Positions 51,290 to 63,100 of a DNA stretch of 64,000 nt are shown in pieces. The notes below the pieces were generated by a model that saw only the letters and a list, made by a program, of their open reading frames with translations, had not been told where the DNA came from and ran no database searches. Made by a program: the position numbers and the translations under genes. The stretch spans positions 79,238,001 to 79,302,000 of the forward strand of contig OZ076409.1 of NCBI GenBank assembly GCA_964187785.1, written 5' to 3'. Numbering within the stretch: the stretch's first letter is position 1; every line of letters begins with the position of its first letter. The stretch is from Amphiscolops sp. MND2022 (taxonomy: Eukaryota).

Positions 51290-52560
51290 CATTCACTGTA
51301 GCCGTGAGTCCGCCATGGTGCTTTTCATTTTCAATCCAACACTCACATGTACCGTACTGTAGACGAGTGGACAGAAGATCCGCTGTGGTGTTATTATCAG
51401 CTCAAAAACGAGCCTGTACTTGAAATGACGTAGACATTTATATTTTGAATCTATTACAGTGTTATTGACATGTAATCTTGTATTATGCGTGAATGACATG
51501 TAAAATTGGAAGAAGCATGTATTTACATGAATACGCATATATGTATTCATGTCCCAATTCATTTCGTACCTCAAGGCTATGCCGCCTTGCCCCCCCTCCA
51601 AAGTTGCTTTGAGGCTATTTTAGTCCACAACAATTTAGTGACGTAATTTTGATGCCATTTGTTAGAGCTATTCAAGCTCAAAGAACACTTCTTTATAGTA
51701 ACATGACACCCTAAATTTGAAGAGTCATGCAACGGAAAGTATATATACTAGGGACGTCAGGTCCCGAGAATTCATTCTTCTGATGACCCGAATTCTGATA
51801 TTACTCCGCTTACTGTAATTTCACATAAACTGTTCATTCTTTCACCCAGTTAAAGTTTGTTGAAATACCTGTTAAATATTTCAATTCACTGTTGAAATAA
51901 CTGGTTCTTCAATGCCTTCAACTAGAAAACAAAAAGCCAAGGAACGCCGATCTAGACAAATGACAAATGGACTTGATGTCCGATGTGGAGAGTGTAGATA
52001 TTATGTGAGGAAGTTACTCCAGAGATGGTGAAGAGAGCAATGTTAGTGAAAATGAAATGAGTTTAGACTCAGGGTCTAGTCGGCCACAACAAAATTCAAA
52101 TATAATAGGAGAAGACTTCAGGCTACTACTCAATACTAACAGTAGAGAAAATAGTGAAATTACTATTGAGACTACAAGGATGATTAGTGAACAGATTTCC
52201 AATCAAATGTCTAGAAAACTGAATGAGATTAAAACTAGTTTGAATTTTCAAATACAAGACACATTCAGCAATGCCATCACTGAAAAAATAGTTCCTTCTA
52301 TCCAAAACACGTTAGGGTACAGGGGAGAGGAAATCACACCATGGTGGACCAAGGGTCCAATGGGCTACAAGATAGCACAAAGGCAGCTAATTCCACCATA
52401 GGGGACTGAAGGTCCAGTGGGCTACAATGGAACTCCGAAGTAGAAAATGCCCAGAAAACTTGGGAAAATTGCCCCAAAAAATGTTTTATGCAGGAAAACA
52501 GTATACATATGTCTCGTCAGAGTTCAGTAGACTCTATTATAAGCGAACAAAATCGCGACA
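51290..52560 (+). mobile_element. Degenerate solo LTR of a B-related family
   Basis: MPSTRKQKAKERRSRQ gag start at ~51912 and ORF 52057-52401 (ISNQMSRKLNEIK..AITEKIVPSIQN) similar to B gag N-terminus. Ends ...TCGCGACA at 52560. Left boundary approximate. Confidence 0.7.
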
Positions 52561-53290
52561 CTTGACAAAATATTTTCAGCAAAACTCTTGATTAGGACGC
52601 AATCTTTCGTATTTTTGATCTCTCATCTTTTTCCCACGAAATTTAGTTCTCTGAGAAAAGTCCTCATCTCGCAACCTAATATAACAACTGAGAAAAAAAT
52701 TGAACTGTAATCAATATAATTTTTTTTAAAATAGTGAAAATCTACAAAATTATAAAAATCTAATCAAAATTATGCAAAATCATAGTCTAAAAATGTTTTC
52801 GGAGTTGTAATATGGAAGCCGGAACCCAGAACACTTGTTTCGTTTACAGAACACATCGGGTGCCAGAGATAACTCCACCAGTGGTTTCGTATCAGATGTC
52901 ACACAAACTCCATCTTTTTTCGAAGACGACCTCTGAAACAAAACCTGGTTATTCGTTGACACTACGAGGAGTAAGGAAGGACCTATCAAAAAACTAGGGT
53001 TTTAACTAGGGTAGTTCAAGTGGCAAATCGGTTGACATCATAACTAATTGAAGACTTGCTACGAAAAAACATGTCATAAATTTGTCGACTCGACCCACTC
53101 GCAGGAATCGCGCTAGATTGAAGGTAATTGAGTCAATTTTCGTTCGGGATATGATTTTCCGTAAATTGATTCCAAGGATGATTTTCAGATGAATTTAAAT
53201 TTAGACTTAGGTTTGTTTAAACTGGATCAAACTGAGTTTAATTGATCAACCATGAAACTTCTGTTTTCGAAAACGTGTTCGAAGCCCAGA

Positions 53291-53366
53291 TCTGAGACAC
53301 AGAAACTGGAAAATTCAAGATGCTAATTAATTAGCATCTTGAATTTTCCAGTTTCTGTGTCTCAGA
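53291..53366. repeat. Perfect 76-bp palindrome with no spacer
   Basis: TCTGAGACACAGAAACTGGAAAATTCAAGATGCTAATT followed by its exact reverse complement. Confidence 0.97.
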
Positions 53367-53776
53367 GAAAAATTTCTCTCTCAAAAACGATCGCCGTAAC
53401 TATATCTAGCACCGTTTCCGATTTTCAAAGTGGGAACATCTTGGATCATAAGCGTTGGAAAATATATTTTTCACGAAATCAACAAATTTTTCAGGAACAG
53501 AAATGTGGTTCTTTCAAGAAACACTCCCTCATTTAAAGTCACGTTCTTAAAATAGATTATTTGTAAAGCAAATGTGTAAGTGCGAATTAGTTGTCTTCTG
53601 AATAAGAAGACCCATTTAGCACCTCCCGACTAGCTGAACAAATACAATTCCCATCATACATCCTCCGTGGCGACAATCGTAGCTTTTTGTATGTGTGAAA
53701 AACTACATCCAGTGATGGAAATGAGAAATTGCGTCATCTTCACCGTCAGCGTGGTTTTTCAAATCTCCCATATCAG

Positions 53777-54460
53777 CTAGGGGGTGCCCCGTGCATATAG
53801 CCCGTATGAAAGCCTGTCCCTCCGTAAATAAAGATTTGGCCGGTATGGCCCATACATTACGTTATTGTGTCGCAATGACCCGTAATTATATGTACATTGC
53901 ATTCTATCCCACGCATCGCTGAGCACGCCTGTTCACTTTACGTGTCTTTTCGGACCAAAAGGTCTGCAAATGCTGTGGAAAGTAACTTAATAGACTTGCT
54001 CACGCCCAAATCGACATACAGCCATTTTTAAAACGTATCAAATGGAAAAGCTACTTGCAAAATTTGCTCCAAATCAACCAAATCAACAAGAGACCTGGAC
54101 TAACAGATTAAGGCGGCACTCACTTAAGCAACGTCCCTAAGCGCATCAAGCAAAATTGTAAACAAATGTTTTGCAATTTAGCATGTATGCAAAGCCCGTA
54201 TGAGAAGCCTGTAGCCCAAAGGTCATAACCCGCTGCCCCATAAACGTAACCGGTGCACCTACGGGCCCAGAGTTGGAAGCGGGCCTAAATATCCAGGCCC
54301 GGGCCCGGTCACATTCAGGCCCGGCCCGCCCAGGCCCGGTCAAAACTTTTGAAAATCCTACTAATAGACAGAAAATGAATTTAATTCGGACTCTTTTTGT
54401 TCAAAACCTATTGAAACACAGGCCCGGCCCGGTTCCAACACTGTACGGGCCCCATCCTAG
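53777..54460. mobile_element. Probable MITE with 8-bp TSD (host of the nested MITE)
   Basis: Termini CTAGG..CCTAG with imperfect TIR; flanks CATATCAG / CTTATCAG (7/8). Confidence 0.5.
54268..54443. mobile_element. hAT-type MITE (176 bp)
   Basis: TIR CAGAGTTGGAAGCGGGCC / GGCCCGGTTCCAACACTG (16/18), subterminal GGCCC repeats, perfect 8-bp TSD TACGGGCC. Confidence 0.9.
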
Positions 54461-55810
54461 CTTATCAGTCGACCTTCAAAATCCGACGACACTATGGTAC
54501 CAAAAAGGTACTATATGCAACCGAAACACAACTCCCAGAACCAAAGCGTTACCGAATTTCGATCAAAATTTCTATTAAAGTCACAGTGGTATTTTTGTTT
54601 TGAAATTTAACAAAATTCACAGACGTTGTAACACATATCTTATTTTGGCTTCTGGCATTTTTCTATGATGTAATATCTCGAACACCGCTGCTCTCATCAA
54701 AAAATAGCAACAACAAACTTAGTAACTTTGATCCAGATCTAAAACTGTTGGCGTTAATACTTATTTGAAAACGCCGTCCTGATGAATATACACCGCGAAA
54801 TACGAACTCCTCAAACTTTAAGATTATTGATCTGGAGGAATTACAACAGTTTTTGGCTATTCATTTTTCGAAAAAGGAGCTGCTGAATTGTCTCTTTTCT
54901 CTGACTACTAGTTTTTGAGTTTTTGCGTAATAAAATTTTAAAAGTTGCAAAAATCCTCGAAGTATCATGCTTTAAGTTTTGACTTCGAAAGAAAAAATAC
55001 ACTATTAATTCTAATCCTGATCAGAATTTGAGAGACATTTGCTCCTGAGACTTTTTTGTAGAATGAAAAATTTGAAAGATATTGCGCTTTGAAAATTTTC
55101 GTTACCGAAATCGACTATCTTTTATTTTGTATATCCTCGCTTTTGTATAAATGCCTTTAAAAACTAATTCATCAAGCTGCATCAAAATTCTTAATTGCCC
55201 CAAAGTGAAATCCATCTACTCATTTTTCCTGAGGGACTTTTACGATTCTTCTCTTTACACTAATTGTTCTGCTAGTATTTTCCAAACTGAAAAAGCGTCT
55301 CCTGGGCTTTGACTGTCATACCTTTGTTAAATTTTGGCACAATGCAATTTATCTCGAACAAACGTTTTTAAAAACACAAATTGGGGTTTTGGTAATAATA
55401 TCACTTACGAAAAGCTTTTTTAACGAAAGGTTCACCTTAGAAATTTTCTGTTGTAACAGTATACCAAAAGTATCACAGTTCCTCAGTTCCTTTTGTTATA
55501 TATAAACTCTTGTAAAGTAATATGGCTGTGAATAACAATTGGGTTTGGTGTCGATACCGACACGCCGTATAACTACAGCGGCATCGACGATGGAATGAAT
55601 CATTTTGTTAGTTTTGTCAACGAGAGTGACTCAATTCGTTCGATTGCTGTAAGGAAATAGAGCTACTTTAAGGCGCTGACAATCGTAAAACTGCGTGTCA
55701 TACTAGCCAAAACACCATGATTGTTGTGAGTGAACAGTTCAAGAGGCGCCGTGAGAATGGAAACCTCGGACCAAACCAAAGGATCGGTCTCCTTAAACTA
55801 TATCCAGAGG

Positions 55811-56095
55811 CTAACACTTCCTCGTGTTGGGAGAAATTCGTTGGCTTAAAGTTGCAAGTGAAGATTTAATTTCTCCCATTTCCCGTTGTGAATTGGCTAT
55901 TTCGGCGTTAGTCCCATCTTCCGAGTGAGAAGAAGACTTTGTACTGTTCTGATCATTTTGCGCATGTTGATTTTCAATATCAAAGTTTGTATATGTATTT
56001 TCCATTTGAAGATGATTTTCAGAATAATTTATCGTAGTTGCAGAGTTTGTTACGGCTTTACCGTTCCTGAGTCGACGAGGAGAAAATAATGTCAT
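55811..56095 (-). pseudogene. Possible gag N-terminus remnant of another LTR element
   Basis: MTLFSPRRLRNGK start resembles retrotransposon Gag N-termini; no further domains. Confidence 0.35.
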
Positions 56096-56416
56096 ACACA
56101 GTGGAGAGATTTGGTATTACAGTTAGTCTAATTGTCTTCTAGTTGGCTCAGGTTAACTAGAAATCTATTTCGGATGAGAAACGAAAAGTAAGTAGATTTA
56201 GACAACTGTTGTAATAAGGCGGGATGAAGTTTGTGACTGTACCAAATTTCAACGCAAGATGGTGTCATGCCCGCCAAGCATGAAGAAATGAAATAAACTC
56301 TAAAACATTAATCCTTACACCAAACTCCCTAAAATACAGATCATCATGTAAATACATTGCAGTAATTTATTAGCTAAACATTACAGTTGGCTATATGACA
56401 ACTGAAACTAGCAGTC

Positions 56417-58761
56417 TGTTACGACTATTGTTCGGTGTTGTTTTAGAACTAGTCGCAGTTTGTGTTTTGACTGGGGTGGACGTTCTTGCTACGGAGATGT
56501 TTTCTTGGTCAGAATCAGAATCTTGCAAGTTCGGATTAACTGAGCGTTTCTTGCTCGCAGGTGCTATTAATTTGAGCATTTCCTTTTGGTTTTCAGCTAA
56601 TATTTTTGCTAGATCAGTCATTATCTCTTTTCTCAGACTTGTTTTCATTTCCTCCAGATTTTCAAGCTCAAGTCTAGGGTTTTTACTAGAGCTAGGTATC
56701 AGGTTCTCGGTGGAGTTATTTTCAGTTAGAGAAGCTTCAAAATCTCCCGACGCTAACTCGGCTATAGCTTTTCTCTTCTGGCTCCTTGTCGTCATTTTCA
56801 AAGTTGAGATATCAGAGTCTTTGGCAAGAATTAAATTCTTCAAAGAAATTTTGAGTTTTCGTAATTTCAACGAGCAACAAAATTTTGAAACAAATCCAAG
56901 TTCAACTAAAAATACATGTCCTCTCTACCTATTTATACCTTCTTAGCATCATTTGTTCCTCACCTAAAAATTCCTAGGAATCTTAAAAGTCGGGTTTGTT
57001 CAACAAGATTCGCCGATGATTCAAATTATTTCAGTCTGGCGTCATAAATTCAGGTATCGAAGTTCCTAGTTGCGTCAACATTCCGTGAGACTTTGTTGAA
57101 ATCATTTTTGTTCAGATAATCCATTTCCTGTTTGATCTTCAAAACCGCGGTAAAATAGAAGTCTAATTAACATTTTCATCGGCGTAAGCACGCCGGCGTG
57201 AACTATTAGTCAATATCCAACTCGAGGAGTTGGAATTTTGAGGAAAAAGATGATGTTCAAAAATGGTGACGGAAACGATACGTCGCTGAAAATTCGCCGT
57301 TGAGAATATTTGAAACGAGAAACAAATGATGCTGATGGGCATTAAGGCAGACTGACTTCAACAAACATGAAATCCAACATAATAATTGACTTGGGTTACG
57401 GGAATACTCCGTATAATGTCCCAAATACTAACTAACTGCAACAGCACAAGAATAAAAATAAAACAATGTAACAAAGGCATTTCAAAACTGGTACAAATCC
57501 GAAATTGCTTTCGGGATCATTCATTCATCATCATATTTAGAGTTAGGTTATAAAATTAGCATCAAACAGACATCAGTATAATTTACGTATACACTTCGTG
57601 ACTTGGAATTAGGTCCTGAGTAATACAGCTTTTATCATACAGAAAACATGACGTAAGTTTACGAGGACTAGTGCAAAATTCATCACCATCAATTGATCAT
57701 AAACTGCAAAGAAAGCATTGGAATGAATTACGGGTACACTCCGTAATATAGTATTTAAGAAGTATAGCAATGGCATAATAAATTAGTATAGAATTCAGGA
57801 CATTACAACTTTGTTCTTCTCATAATCCTTCCTTACAGAGCAGCTGTTTTCCTCTAAAACCTAATCAAGAAATTCCTTAGCTAATAATGAACCAGGAAAA
57901 ATTCTCTTAAACTTTCATTCGTTCCATTTTTTCCTAACTATATGTTCTCAGAACACTCCGTAAATGCTTCGTATGTATTAAGATTGCTTATAGTAGAGAG
58001 GTGGACTACAATTTTACAATTCGCCACGTAACTGCTACGTACGTATAAAGATTGCTTATAGCTAGTAGGTCAGAGTGGACAGAAAGCGAGCGGAACGCGT
58101 AGGCGAATTCATTCTTTCTCTCTTATTCTGATTGGCGTTGCTAGGGGCAACCGAATTCAATACCGCTCGCGCTAGCTAAGAATAATCCTGCCGAGGAGGT
58201 GACGTTATTAGTCCGCGAAAGTAGAATATCTAATTTTAGCTCAGTAGAGTGACGCCGTCATTACGTTGTAAATCCTCTCTTAAGTCACTTGATTGCGCCT
58301 TAAGTGGGTATTGACAACTACTTTATCACAGAAAACACCAAAACAACTCTGTCTTTTATGTATTTTTCCTTTTAGATCGTATGGATTCCGTTGGGATTGC
58401 GGGATTTTAAATGTGTTTTATTTTAGTGTGGAACTGAAGAAAAATCCCTGTTGTTAAATGTTATTTTGGTATTTAGATCAGTATGGCGAACTTCAGAAGA
58501 TTAAACCGGATATGGAAAATCTATTGAGCGTGAAATCTTTTAACCGGAAGTTTTAGCTAAAATTCATTTCCCAAAATATTCCGTGACGCATACGTTAGAT
58601 TCTTATTCTGAAAAATTATCTACGAAATAATATTAGCTGCACTGTAAGTAGAATTATATTAGTTTAGTTAGTATTTCAATGGTACTTGCAGTATCCTCTT
58701 CCTCTGCCTCTTCCTAGGGCGAAACACCATTCACACCCACGACCGGGAGCGGGTCGTGACA
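56417..58761 (-). repeat. 3' LTR of element E (~2345 bp)
   Basis: Starts TGTCACGAC (58761) after PPT GAGGAGAGGGG, ends GTCGTAACA (56417); 8/9 terminal inverted repeat. Contains gag-like start MTTRSQKRKAIAEL. Partner LTR not in window. Confidence 0.8.
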
Positions 58762-59539
58762 GGGCCCCTCTCCTCGCTAAATACGTTGGTAGGCCGTGGC
58801 AATGGGGAATTTCTTTTGTGACTAGTACTGAGGGTCGGCTTAGGTAGTTTCTCATCGGGTGGGGGCCGCGACCTCTCCCCGCAGTCATACGGGCAATTCT
58901 CTTTTCTTCTTCTTCAAGTTCCCTCACCATGTTTTCGAAATGTTCCCGTTCCTCTTGGGTGATTTCAGGTGGCTTGATTGGTTCATTCAGATCATTCAAG
59001 CTTGAGTCTGCTAATTGCGTGAGGGGGGTATTTACTTTCCTGCAAGGCTTGAAAGGAGGCTGACTTGGCTTCTTTGCTACGTTATTTCCTCGTCCTAGGG
59101 ACCTGAAAAATTGGCGGTCTTCTAAGTCAAGATCGTAGAGGGCCTCTAAGTCGTCTGCGGAGGGTCCGTTTCCTCCCTGGGCCACGATAGTCCCTCGTTT
59201 CCTTTCATTACCCAGTGTGGGGAAATTTTCTTTTTCTTTACTTTGAGGGGGAAGAGTAGGAGTCTCGGGTTCTTCATAGTAGTCATCAGAGTCGACGTCT
59301 TCGGGTAGGGCAAAAGATACTCTTGTTAGCCTTTTCTTTTTCCTGGGTGTCGGTGTTTCTTTCGCTGGCGATTCTGGGCTTGACTCTAATTCGGCGTCGC
59401 TTCCACGGTAAACTTCCGTGGAAGAGTCACTGAGGTCAAGTCTTCCGACCATATTTACCGGTACAGTCTTCAATGGCGTGCTGTGTCTCATATTTTCTTC
59501 ATCTGATGAGATGTCGATGACTAGTGAATATCCTGCCAT
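58676..59539 (-). CDS. Sense accessory ORF of element E (287 aa), overlaps PPT and 3' LTR
   Basis: Intact ATG ORF; VIDISSDEE SIM-like motif, PRKKKRLTRVSF, GRGRG repeats, CEWC..CKYH; stop 86 nt inside the LTR. Confidence 0.82.
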   Translation of the reverse strand: MAGYSLVIDISSDEENMRHSTPLKTVPVNMVGRLDLSDSSTEVYRGSDAELESSPESPAKETPTPRKKKRLTRVSFALPEDVDSDDYYEEPETPTLPPQSKEKENFPTLGNERKRGTIVAQGGNGPSADDLEALYDLDLEDRQFFRSLGRGNNVAKKPSQPPFKPCRKVNTPLTQLADSSLNDLNEPIKPPEITQEEREHFENMVRELEEEEKRIARMTAGRGRGPHPMRNYLSRPSVLVTKEIPHCHGLPTYLARRGALSRPAPGRGCEWCFALGRGRGRGYCKYH

Positions 59540-60182
59540 TTTTTAAAGCGGTAGAAATTGCGAAGTTTCTTTAATTTATGCAGGCGAGATTGTTTATTTA
59601 GATTAGTGAAGCGCTGGTCAAGCTTTGTGAAAATTGAACGACAAATGAACGTTTCACTTTGCTTTCTTTTGTAATTTCTATCGAATTCTTATTGGTCGAT
59701 TTCTGTTTTCGTTCCGGTTCGTCCCGAGTTAGGTGAAACGAACTCTTTCCTGCTGTGCTGTGATTGGTTTAAATCCTTAAGGAAAACTTCTAATTTTAGC
59801 TCTCGTCCTCTTTTAGATTAATGGCGTAATGACATCTTTGATTTTCATTGTCGAATTACGTCCGTATTTCATGATCTCTTGATGTTTTTCCATGATTTCC
59901 TTTAGTAATTCTCGATGAATGTCTATCCACCAGTAGGGGTTTTGGAAACGTTTTGTTTCGTCAATGCTTATGATAAGCTTGAGATATGAAGCTATGAGTG
60001 GTTCCTTTTCCTTTTGAGTGAGAATGATATTAAGTTCTTTTAATTAGATGCGTTCACGTAACGCGTTTTCGTCTTTTCCATTTTTCTTTTTAGGATTTCC
60101 GTGATAGTTCCGTGTAGTTTCTGTTTTATATTTCTCTTTTCTTTTAGATTTCCTTGACAATTCGTCTTTCTTCGTGTCTGGT

Positions 60183-63100
60183 ATGATGGATCAAGAAGAG
60201 GTAGAACGTGGCACTGCTGTAACTTCTGGTCACATAAGTGGAAATGAGACTGGCTACAATTATTCCGAAGATGACATAGTGTCTACGGAGAATGTAGTTG
60301 GATTGTCTACTTCAGGTTGGTAAAATCTTTCTGACTTCCATGGGAATCCGGACCTTGGTATTTTTGGTGATCAGCCTTTTTGGTCCTACCCGTAACTCTG
60401 ACGCGTCTGAATCCAGATCTTGATTTTCAGTAGCTCAACCTGGTTTTCCTTCCACTTCTCTTGGATTGGTTGTGGGAAATCCCTCTCCCGTTTTGCCACC
60501 AGCTAGTAGTCTCCTGTCAGTTGCAACTCCTCCTGGCTTTAGGGCTGCGCTTGCCCAGGCAGCTACGTCGGCCGTGCCCGCTGAATTTCCTCCTACTGAG
60601 GATATTGTTACGACTTGCTCTCGTAGCCAACTGGATGCTGTGTCTCAAGGAGGTGAGACTGATTCCCCCTCCGAGGAAGAAACAAGTTAGTAGGTTTTGT
60701 CGTTGTCGTATTAATGCGTTGAAGAAGGTGGCTAGTGATGGGAGTATTGGGTTTGTGTTTTAGGTCCTTCAGTTCGTCAAAGGCGGTCACAGGTCGTGAG
60801 CTTTTCGACACCGCCTAAACGAGCTAAAACGGGCGATACTCCTCCTCCTTCACCATTGACTCCTGCCGAAGGCTGGATTAGTTAGTGTATTTTGTATTAT
60901 CACACTGTTGCACGGGTATTGTTGTGGGGTTCGAATGTCTTGACGAGTTAAAATAGCGTGATTTTTGAAATCATCTACTTTGTAGGGTTGTTTTGTAGTG
61001 TCATTGTGTTGTAGGTAACGACGAGTTGACGTTGAGTCCGCAGGGTCTGAAGTTGATGGGTCAGCAGATTGTGGAAGAAGTTGACACGCGGACTGCTCGG
61101 GCAATTCGAAATAGTGAGTATTCGTTTGTACTATATGTATAGGTTGGTTGCAGGGTGGGCTTTTAGGGTATGGTTTTCCACGATGTCATTCCGTTTGTCG
61201 TGTGTTGCAGGTTTCAGTGAGTTGAAAGCGAGGATGGACGCGCAAACTGGCAGTCGCACAAAAGCCAAAAAGTACAGTCGCAAGAACATGTTGAGCAAAC
61301 GCATGTTATCGTTGCATCCCGCATACCGTGATTTCGTGAGCGGATCAAAGACGGGGGCCGGGACTCACTTTCATTGCCTGGTCTGTAAACGTGATGTGGC
61401 CATGGGATCGCAGGGGTCTCGAGAGTTTGCTCGGCATTTCCAGTCTGACAGTCACTGGGACAAGGATGTCGTATACCGGGTTCATATGGGCATGCCCGTG
61501 TTGAATAAACTGATGGAGCCCTTGCAGCTAAGTGAAGAGCAGCTTGCTGAGTATCGTGCGAAGCCTTTCGTTGAGCTGGGTACTGGGTATCCGTTTCCTG
61601 AGGATCTCCTGCCGAAACACTCCCGCGTGGAATCAAAAATTCCCTTCATGACCTTTGTGGGCTGTCTCTGTGATTTGTTGCGTTGTGGAGGCGATTTTGC
61701 TCTGGTGCGGCAACTCTGGAGTCACTTTTGTGTGTCACTGGACAAGCAGAAGGCTGATTTCACTTTGCATTGGAGTCGTTCGGAATCCGTGGTAAGTTGT
61801 GTGTTTTGTGTGTTTGTCTTCCTGTTCATCGTTTGGAGTTTGAGAGTTCATAATTTCCCGGTTTTATCTGTTGTTTCCAATAGTGTTCTTCTTTTGGAGT
61901 TATTGTGCTCTTCTTCTTCTCTCTTTTTCCTTTCTTTTTTTTCTCTTTTTTTTCTCTTTTTTTTCCAGACGTAGGTATAACGAATCATTGTGGCGTTTGT
62001 ATTTTAGTCGTTTCTCTGTCAGGGGCTTGCTCCTCAAGTTCTCCGTCTAATGGTCAATGGGATAACGACGTTCAAGGACTATAGTGTTCAGTTCGAGAAA
62101 GATCTTTTCGTGGAGCGTTGCTACGTCCTATTTTGGGAAAGTAATCAGTTGAAGAAAGTGTGTGTGGGGAGTGAGCCTATTGATCAGCCCGTTCCTGATG
62201 CAGAGTTGGTACCCTTGTCCCGCGTGATCCATGTTCTGGAGTCAAAGCATTTGCCGTTGATTGTTCGTGGTGCCAGTCCCAGTTTGCTGAGTGTGATGGG
62301 CAGTAATCGCTCGGATGGTCGCCGTTTTGTTGTGTACCACGAGTTCAATGAGGAGACCTTCATACAGTTCCTGCGTCAAGCCCATCAGGACATATTTGGG
62401 ATGGTAGATATTATTACCATCGTGGAGTATTTGATTCAACGGCTCCGGAATGCTGTTTACGAGGAGTGGACGGAGGACAAGGTTGTGCTGTGCAGATGTC
62501 TTCGAAGAGGCTCCGTTGAGTTCTATGAGTATCGCGAGTTATTGACGGACTTGATTAGTCTTTGGCCTTCAATTCGTCCGTACATCCGTTGCACTGTCAA
62601 TCCCGAAGCACGTGGCAAATCAGCTACTGTTAGTATTTTTATTGGTTGCTTTGTCGTTTGCGTCACGTGTTGTTTGTAGCTATAGTCGGTTTGATTGTGT
62701 TTTTGTTCTTTTCCAGATGTTGGGGACAGACTGGCATCTGATTGCTGATAACATGATCGTGCAGCGCTTGGGTCTGTTGCGATTTGTTCTCGACACTTGT
62801 AAGTATGATGCTGATTGGTGTTGTTCTCAATTGATGCTTGTATCTATCCAGTATAATTGTGTCGTTTGTTATTGTCTGATTGCGTTTGTTGTTCGGTTGT
62901 AGTGTTCGGTATTATCTTTGTAAACCCTTGTTGGTGTTTTAGTTCAAATTAATTTTGAGAAGATGCGTCAGCAACGAAAAGATTACGGCTTCCATGGCTA
63001 CAGTGAATTGTGTCATTTTGTGTATCGTCTACTGCTGCGGACTCGGGAGATTGAGTCATTGCCTGGTATCCATGATTGGGAGGCGTACATGGACGTGAAG

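Noticed and set aside
61792..61974. Hydrophobic C-terminus of ORF 61069-61974 as a membrane anchor
   Set aside because: It is read-through into a T-rich intron after the GTAAGT donor at 61792.
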